From the NCBI GenBank assembly GCA_002269645.1, contig NIVC01000116.1, positions 1 through 49,686 of the forward strand: a stretch of DNA of 49,686 nt, read 5' to 3'. A program made the translations under genes and the position numbers. This document shows positions 46,701 through 49,686 of the stretch, piece after piece. The stretch's first letter is position 1. The number at the start of each line of letters is the position of its first letter. Below the pieces are notes generated by a model, which worked only from the letters and a program-made list of their open reading frames with translations, ran no database searches and had not been told where the DNA came from. Origin of the DNA: Macrostomum lignano (taxonomy: Eukaryota).

Positions 46701-48404
46701 CATGAGCTTGCACTGGATTTTTCATCTGGCCCTTGAGGAAAAAAGTTTGCCAGCCTCTGGGTTAAAGCTTTGAGTCAGCTTTGCTTCTCGCAGCGCAGCA
46801 CAGCGAGCCAATAGGTCGGATTACCTAGCTCTTACTTCCCTGGCCAATTTAGACTGCCATAACTTTGCCCCAAATAAATATATTTATTTCAAACTTGAGT
46901 CGATTGCGCCTTGATATGTTTTCTGTCTAAACATGGAGTCTCAGCTTCATAACTCAATCAGGACAGGACAGAAACTATGAGCATGTGAAGTTTGCCTGAT
47001 TTTTATCTATTCTTTCGCCTGTGGAGTAGTAGAGCAGTTAGAGAAAACAGGGAAACATAGAAAGCTATAGAAAACAGAGGGAGAGAGAAGAGATGAAAAA
47101 GCAGTAGACAAGAAGACAGATAGAGCAGCAGAGAGGACAGATGAAAGGGATGCAGGGCAGATGCAAGAGAGGGAGGATGAAAAAAGGGTACAGCGGAAGA
47201 GAAGACCGGGATAACAGAGTGAGAGTATAGACAGATCGAAGGGGGGGAGAACAGTGTGAACAAAGGGAGAGAGGAGAGTAGACAGATAGAAGGGACTGAG
47301 GAATAGGTTGAGAGAGGACAGATGGAGAGAAAAAGAGACAGTAGAATCTTGCTTAAATAAACCGACGGAATCGAAATCGTAGACCTTGTTTGGTTTTTCC
47401 TAACTTCCATTGCACTAGCTATTTAAATATTTTTTGTTAGATTTTAAATCAAAGAAGCAAAAGAGATACAGGGTTCCAAATTCTGTGGGTTTAAATTCCA
47501 GATGTTAAAGCAGCGTGTTTTCACCAAAACAAATATATAAATAATCAATAGTTAGTTTTGCCTGCAGAGAAATATCCAAGCTGCGCAACGGCATCCAGGA
47601 ATAAAAAATCTGCGATTTTAGTGGACACTACTCAAAGCTGTAACAGCTGCTGCAGCATTTTTCAGATCATTGATTATGGATTTCTGGCCAACAGGAACAG
47701 CATGAAGTCAAGCATTGCAGACACTACTCGTAGTTTCACCCAGTGAGGAGCACTTAATTCTACTTCTAAGGGGCATTTTAAGCCGGCATGTTCGATCAGC
47801 AGGTTTAGCAGCAATTAAAAATAGATGGCAAAGACAAGCTCACTTTCTAAAAGCGCAAATATTTAATATTTATCGTCTATTTGATGCTTTTAATCTTCTT
47901 TCGACTGCAAACAAAAATTTGTTCTCGGGGGCCTGCAACTCTACGCTACTAAAAGTAGTCTGATGCGCATTTAAATTTTTATGAAACTCTACACATCTTT
48001 CCGGAAAAATAATTTCACAATGTTGGCACTAGGCAACAGCAAATATTTCCCTAACGTTTATTGTAAAGAGTAGTCACCTATTATTGTGATAAAAAACGGT
48101 TCTCCCGCTAAGCTGTAAGGGCAATGCTATTAAATAAAGCTGCCTGGAACATGAAACATGCCAAATTTAGGTTGCCGCCTCATAGGCCGCCGGGCGATCA
48201 CCGGGCGGCTTCGATTAGGATTTAAAAAATCGTACTTATTAAGGCGAAATAAAGTATCACGATTACAAAATCACAATTTCTCATTGAAAAATCAGATCAT
48301 CCTTCATTGTAAAGTGAAAATAAAAATATTTACTGACTGCCCTCACAGGCGGTCGCGAGGGCGCACACCGCCCACTGTACGCCCCACTTAGTTGTCCCAC
48401 TGGG

Positions 48405-49686
48405 AAATATATAAATATTGTCTCACCCTACTTGGAGGGTTAAGACCTGACTCCTGAGTCATTACATTGGCGTCGCAAGGCTGAACCATGGCCTTCCTAC
48501 AACTGCCGCCCCAGGTAACTTTAGCATTAGAGACGACCCCCACTCCACAAGTAAGCGCCGCAGGAGTGGTCAACCAACCTTCTGCGCTACCTGGCGGCCA
48601 CGGGCATCACGAACGAGACACAGAAACGCCAGATCCTCCTATACACGGCAGGCAAAGAAGTAAGCGACCTGTATAGCGAGATCATAGCAACAGAGACGAC
48701 ACAACAGAAGGCGAGCCTACAGTCGAACCACGGTCGACCAGCTGATCACGCTGCTCACCAAGCATTTCCAAGGTCGCGACAACATTGTGTTTCTCCGCTA
48801 CCAATTCCGCCAGTGCGTGCAGGACGAAGGCGAGTCGATAAGTCGGCAGTCGGAAATTCACCCCAGCACCGAGAAAGTGGCGGCCATCAACAGTTTCAAG
48901 CGGCCGACCAACGCACCGAGGTCCGCTCGTTCCTCGGCCTCGTCAACTTCGTGGCGCGCTTTATCAGCAACCTGTCCGACAGGGCCCGGCCGCTCCGAGA
49001 GCTGACCCGGCAGGCTGCCGAGTGGACATGGGGCGAGCAACAGGAGGCGCGCGTTCAAGGACATCAAGCAAACGATCGCCAGCAGCGAGGCGCTGCATTC
49101 TTCAAACAGCAAGCTTCCGATCCAGCTAATCGTGGACGCCAGCCCCACGGGCGTCGGCGCCATCCTCGCCCAAGTCCAACCTGACGATCGACGCGGCCGG
49201 TGGCGTACGCGAGCCGCAGCCTGAGCCCGACCGAGCAAGCGCTATACTCCCAGACGGAGCGGGAGCGCTCGCAGTGAATTAGTGAATTAAGAGGCGGCCT
49301 GAAGTTTCATCACTACCTCAGCGGCGGCGGCAAGCTTCAAGGTGATCACCGACCACAAGCCGCTGGTATCCCTGTTCAGCCCGGGTCGCGGCCGCCGCCC
49401 GCATTGAGCGCATGGCGCTGCGACTGCAAGACCTGGTCTTCCAAGTGGTTTATCAGCCGTCGACTTCCTGAGGCCGCCAGCCGCTGCCAATGCCGCCGAA
49501 CAACGTCGGCGAGCAGGCGGATGCGATCTACGTGGCCACGGCAGTGCGGGCGCCACCCCGGTGTCCATCAGCCTGGCCACCATGAAGGCCGCCTCCGACC
49601 AAGATTCCACCGTCCAAGCAGCTTTGCACGCCATCCGCGGAACCAGTGGGACAAGAGCGACCTGAGCCTACAGGGACTGCACGGCG
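48405..49686 (+). mobile_element. Degenerate, internally deleted Ty3/gypsy LTR retrotransposon (LTR 3' part, PBS, gag, RT end/RNase H); runs off the window
   Basis: ...gagtcattaca (LTR end, 48466), PBS-like tggcgtcgc (48468), ATG at 48488. Gag motifs across frames: PGNFSIRDDP, LRYLAATGITNETQKRQILLYTAG, LTKHFQGRDNIVFLRYQFRQCVQDEGESI. Then EKVAAINSFKRP, EVRSFLGLVNF, LIVDASPTGVGAILAQ, VITDHKPLVSLF. Confidence 0.9.

Larger units (their letters stand above)
38958..48404 (+). mobile_element. Apparently full-length EnSpm/CACTA (CMC superfamily) DNA transposon, 9447 bp
   Basis: 11-bp TIR cccagtgggac (38958-38968) / gtcccactggg (48394-48404); AA on both sides (2-bp TSD); clustered ccgccc/gggcgg subterminal motifs at both ends; internal EnSpm transposase. 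The short TIR makes the boundaries less certain than the transposase call. Confidence 0.78.

Overview
Repeat-rich eukaryotic (animal) genomic DNA: GC-rich exons with canonical GT-AG introns, many introns filled by a tandem array. This style, plus a PAK-type nAChR, suggests a free-living flatworm such as Macrostomum (inference only). Host genes: a PAN/apple-like exon; a 9-exon Cys-loop nAChR-family subunit with an anion-type Pro-Ala-Lys motif (1428-9237, -); an intronless UNC-93/MFSD11 transporter with one frameshift and a truncated tandem paralog; a 2-exon RIIa/Dpy-30 docking-domain gene; a RalGDS/RGL-like RasGEF; a 3-exon claudin/PMP22-like gene; the C-terminal zinc-finger exon of a BCL11-like factor. 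Mobile DNA: a degenerate THAP/P-element (33682-35610; bipartite TIRs, 8-bp TSD) inside a (TTAGGGG)n telomere-like array; a 9.4-kb EnSpm/CACTA element (38958-48404) with a transposase and a divergent spliced DUF4806-like gene, carrying a hAT MITE and apparently nested in the LTR of an internally deleted Ty3/gypsy element; an RTE LINE fragment; CCHC-type LINE remnants; three tRNA-derived SINEs. About 17 distinct minisatellites are present, and several show how they arose. Family calls come from motifs recognised by eye, not database searches. Repeat boundaries are approximate.
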